Of a stretch of DNA of 54,849 bases, positions 51,570-54,849 are shown piece by piece. The DNA comes from Macrostomum lignano. Taxonomy: Eukaryota. The DNA lies in assembly GCA_002269645.1 (NCBI GenBank), contig NIVC01004211.1, positions 1 to 54,849 on the forward strand, in the 5' to 3' direction. The translations under genes were made by a program, and so were the position numbers. The notes below the pieces were generated by a model. The model saw only the letters and a program-made list of their open reading frames with translations. It was not told where the DNA came from and searched no databases. Position 1 is the first letter of the stretch, and every line of letters starts with the position of its first letter.

Positions 51570-51860
51570 TTACACCTGCCCCAATTGAGCCAGATATACA
51601 ACCGACAGCTCAGCCGCAGCAATTGCGCGGCGGCGCATCTGAAGGCTGCGTACGGCTGTTCAGTCCAAGGACTGGGGGGTTGCCACACACATCCTCAATT
51701 ACCCCAGCTAATGCTGGCACCCATTTTACAGCTGGGTGGACTGAAGCAATGCAGAGTTACGCGTCTTGCTCAAAGCCACAAATTGTTCCGAATGGTCAAG
51801 AATCGAACCCCAGACCCTCAAGTCGTGAGTCCGACGCTCTAACACTAGGTTACAGCCCCC
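51570..51860 (-). mobile_element. tRNA-derived SINE with a conserved central (Deu/Nin/CORE-like) domain
   Basis: Minus strand: GGGGCTGTAACCTAGTGTTAGAGCG (A box), GGTTCGATTC (B box, plus-strand 51800-51809), then TTTGAGCAAG...CAGTCCACCCAGCTGTAAAATGGG, as I recall for conserved-domain SINEs. Confidence 0.8.
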
Positions 51861-52207
51861 TGTATTGATTAGATACTGTAACTGTGTATAAACCATAGAA
51901 ATAAGACTTTCCGTGACAATATTTGCGTTCTCCGGGATTTTATTTGGTAATATTCAAAAATATCCCGTAAAGTCTTTATGTCTATGGTTTATACGAGATT
52001 ACACATGCCTTTTTCGGGAGTTATTTTCATAAAACCTCAGGCCCTCGTGATTTATACAAATAAATCCCTCAAAAGGCATGTTTAATCTGATACATAAGAC
52101 ACTTCCCAGAATTTCCCATAGATAATTCATTGCCCTATGCAGAAGCAGACGTTCCCAAATTGCTCAAATAAAGTGGCCTCAATTCCATACAACGTGCAAC
52201 ACGACAG

Positions 52208-54238
52208 GAGAGAGCGGCGACATGCAGCGCAAAGCAATCAAGCTGCCAGACACAGCTGGGCTCACGGAGGAGAGAGCACAGGACGAGACTGGCAGCTTTG
52301 TGAAGTCTGAGATGGACAAGTTGAAGGTGCACAAAGCGCTGTCGCAACTGCGCCGTTCTGCGGTCGGAGCAACGAGGAGATCATGGAGTTCGTCTGCTAC
52401 ATGTTCGAGAGGCTGGTGAGTTCATTTGCTGGTTTAGAGCTGAACTTCTATTGAGTCACTCTTTCAAGTAGCAAAGTTCTGGGAAAGTTTTGAGTTTCGT
52501 GTCTTTTTGAGTTCCATGTCTTTTTGAGTTCCGTGTCTTTTTGAGTTCAGTGTCTATTTGAGTTTCGTGTCTTTTTGAGTTCCATGTCTTTTTGAGTTCC
52601 GTGTCTTTTTGAGTTCAGTGTCTATTTGAGTTCCGTGTCTTTTTGAGTTCCGTGTCTTTTTGAGTTCCGTGTCTATTTGAGTTCCGTGTCTATTTGAGTT
52701 CCGTGTCTTTGAGTTCCGTGTCTTTTTGAGTTCCGTGTCTTTTTGAGTTCCGTGTCTATTTGAGTTCCGTGTCTTTGAGTTCCGTGTCTTTTTGAGTTCC
52801 GTGTCTTTTTGAGTTCCGTGTCTATTTGAGTTCCGTGTCTATTTGAGTTCCGTGTCTATTTGAGTTCCGTGTCTTTGAGTTCCGTGTCTTTTTGAGTTCC
52901 GTGTCTTTGAGTTCCGTGTCTTTTTGAGTTCCGTGTCTTTGAGTTCCGTGTCTTTTTGAGTTCCGTGTCTTTGAGTTCCGTGTCTTTTTGAGTTCCGTGT
53001 CTATTTGAGTTCCGTGTCTTTTTGAGTTCCGTGTCTATTTGAGTTCCGTGTCTTTTTGAGTTCCGTGTCTATTTGAGTTCCGTGTCTATTTGAGTTCCGT
53101 GTCTTTGAGTTCCGTGTCTTTTTGAGTTCCGTGTCTTTTTGAGTTCCGTGTCTATTTGAGTTCCGTGTCTATTTGAGTTCCGTGTCTATTTGAGTTCCGT
53201 GTCTTTGAGTTCCGTGTCTTTTGAGTTCCGTGTCTTTGAGTTCCGTGTCTTTTTGAGTTCCGTGTCTTTGAGTTCCGTGTCTTTTTGAGTTCCGTGTCTA
53301 TTTGAGTTCCGTGTCTTTGAGTTCCGTGTCTTTTTGAGTTCCGTGTCTATTTGAGTTCCGTGTCTTTGAGTTCCGTGTCTTTTTGAGTTCCGTGTCTTTG
53401 AGTTCCGTGTCTTTTTGAGTTCCGTGTCTATTTGAGTTCAGTGTCTATTTAAGTTCCGTGTCTTTTTTGAGTTCCGTGTCTATTTGAGTTCAGTGTCTAT
53501 TTAAGTTCGCGTGTCTTTTTGAGTTCGTGTGTCTTTTTGATTTGATTTGACACGGAACTCAAAAAGACACGGAACTCAAATAGACACGGAACTCAAATAG
53601 ACACGGAACTCAAATAGACACGGTCAACTCAAATAGACACGGAACTCAAATAGACACGGTCAACTCAAATAGACACGGAACTCAAATAGACACGGTCAAC
53701 TCAAATAGACACGGTCAACTCAAAAGACACGGTCAACTCAAAAAGACAGCGGTCAACTCAAAAAAGACACGGTCAACTCAAATAGACACGGAACTCAAAA
53801 ATGAGCTCAACAACCTATTCTGAACCAAAAGAGGACTCACAATTTAGCATAAAACTTGAATTTCCTTGCACACCAGGGCGAGTCAAACGAGCAGATCTGC
53901 GGTCAGAAGGACAGAAACCGCAGCTTCTTTTTGTCGCCAGCGGCAGCTGCTGCATCGCCAGCTGAGCGGCGATCAGCACAGGCGGGTGGTCGAGCAGCGC
54001 CTTCTCGAGCTGGACTGCTGGGCCTCGAGTGCATCAGCACCGGCCGGGAGGAGCGAATCTGCGTGACGGCCACGTCCGCCTGTCGACTGTTCGTGCTGAC
54101 GTCCAGGAGGTTCTTCTGGCTGTGCGGATGGCGGCCGAGAGGACGCACCGGCTGCAGCTGGCCGTGGTGGACAGCATGCTGCAGGCCCGGCTGCCCAGCG
54201 TTGAGGCAGGTGCTGGGGTTCGCCGAGCCGGAGGCTGA
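52208..54238 (+). CDS. Probable cyclic-nucleotide-binding-domain protein, with frameshifts
   Basis: Exon ~52208-52415 ends PFCGRSNEEIMEFVCYMFERL|GTGAGT; exon from 53876 reads GESNEQICGQKD..SFFL..LLGLECISTGREERICVTATSACRLFVLTSRRF, resembling the CNBD pattern GExI.QG..FF and R..SV.A...C.L..L...F. Two frame changes are needed. Confidence 0.45.
52492..53782. repeat. 16/17-bp satellite (GAGTTCCGTGTCTTTTT) with a forward arm at 52492-53535 and an inverted arm at 53548-53782
   Basis: After TTTGATTTGATTT the unit switches to GACACGGAACTCAAA, its reverse complement. Confidence 0.95.
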
Positions 54239-54489
54239 CACCAGCAGCGGCGGTGAGGCGTCTCTTTGGCGTTGAAGGAATTGAAATCAACTGGAACCGC
54301 TCTGGACTCCCTGACTCAGGAGGGCCAACCCCCGGGGCGCACACAGAGTGACACCCTGAAGGAGCGTGTGCCTGCGTCAGCGGAATCGTTGTGGGACGAC
54401 GTCGTCAGGGTGCCGCAGCTCTTGTGCGAATGTTTCATGTTGCGTAAATTGCATGACGACTGCGAAATATTACCCGATGAGTCATGGAA

Positions 54490-54849
54490 ACCCATTGTAT
54501 GGACACTCATCCTATGGACACTCATCCTATGGACACTCGCTCTATGGACACTCATCCTATATGAACACGCATCCTATGGACACTCATCCTATGGACACTC
54601 GCTCTATGGACACTCATCCTATATGAACACGCATCCTATGGACCTCATCCTATGGACACTCGCTCTATGGACACTCATCCTATATGAACACTCATCTTAT
54701 GAACACGCATCCTATGGACACTCATCCTATGGACACTCATCCTATGGACACCACCCTAGTGAACACTTACCCTATGGACATCATCCTATGGACACTCATC
54801 CTATGGAAACTCATCCTATGGACACTCGCTCTATGGACACTCACCTATG
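54490..54849. repeat. 15-bp minisatellite (TATGGACACTCATCC)n running off the window end
   Basis: Visible array; YGHSS periodic ORF. Confidence 0.93.

Noticed and set aside
51790-51860. tRNA gene
   Set aside because: No proper acceptor stem or T-arm closure; it continues into a SINE body
53903-54241. Minus-strand 112-aa ORF as a gene end
   Set aside because: Probably the antisense shadow of a GC-rich plus-strand exon; the splice sites and motifs favour the plus strand

Overview
Gene-dense eukaryotic (invertebrate) genomic DNA with GC-rich exons, GT-AG introns and many introns filled by tandem repeats. This style suggests the flatworm Macrostomum, but that is inference only. I assembled about 11 spliced genes by hand: an LRRC74-like gene (-), a CBM39+GH16 beta-1,3-glucan-binding/glucanase gene and its decaying tandem duplicate (+), a Delta/Serrate-like DSL-EGF membrane protein (+), an unknown membrane/secreted protein (-), NCBP2 (+), a Y-box protein (-), two tandem AP-1-type bZIP genes (+), a 2-TM orphan (-) and a probable cNMP-binding-domain gene (+). 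Mobile DNA includes a decayed APE/RT LINE, a hAT-like element with a perfect 8-bp TSD, a tRNA-derived SINE, foldback-like inverted satellites and a degenerate hammerhead ribozyme. Several 1-2 bp frameshifts sit in homopolymers and may be assembly errors. Most long ORFs in the supplied track are artefacts of stop-free satellites.
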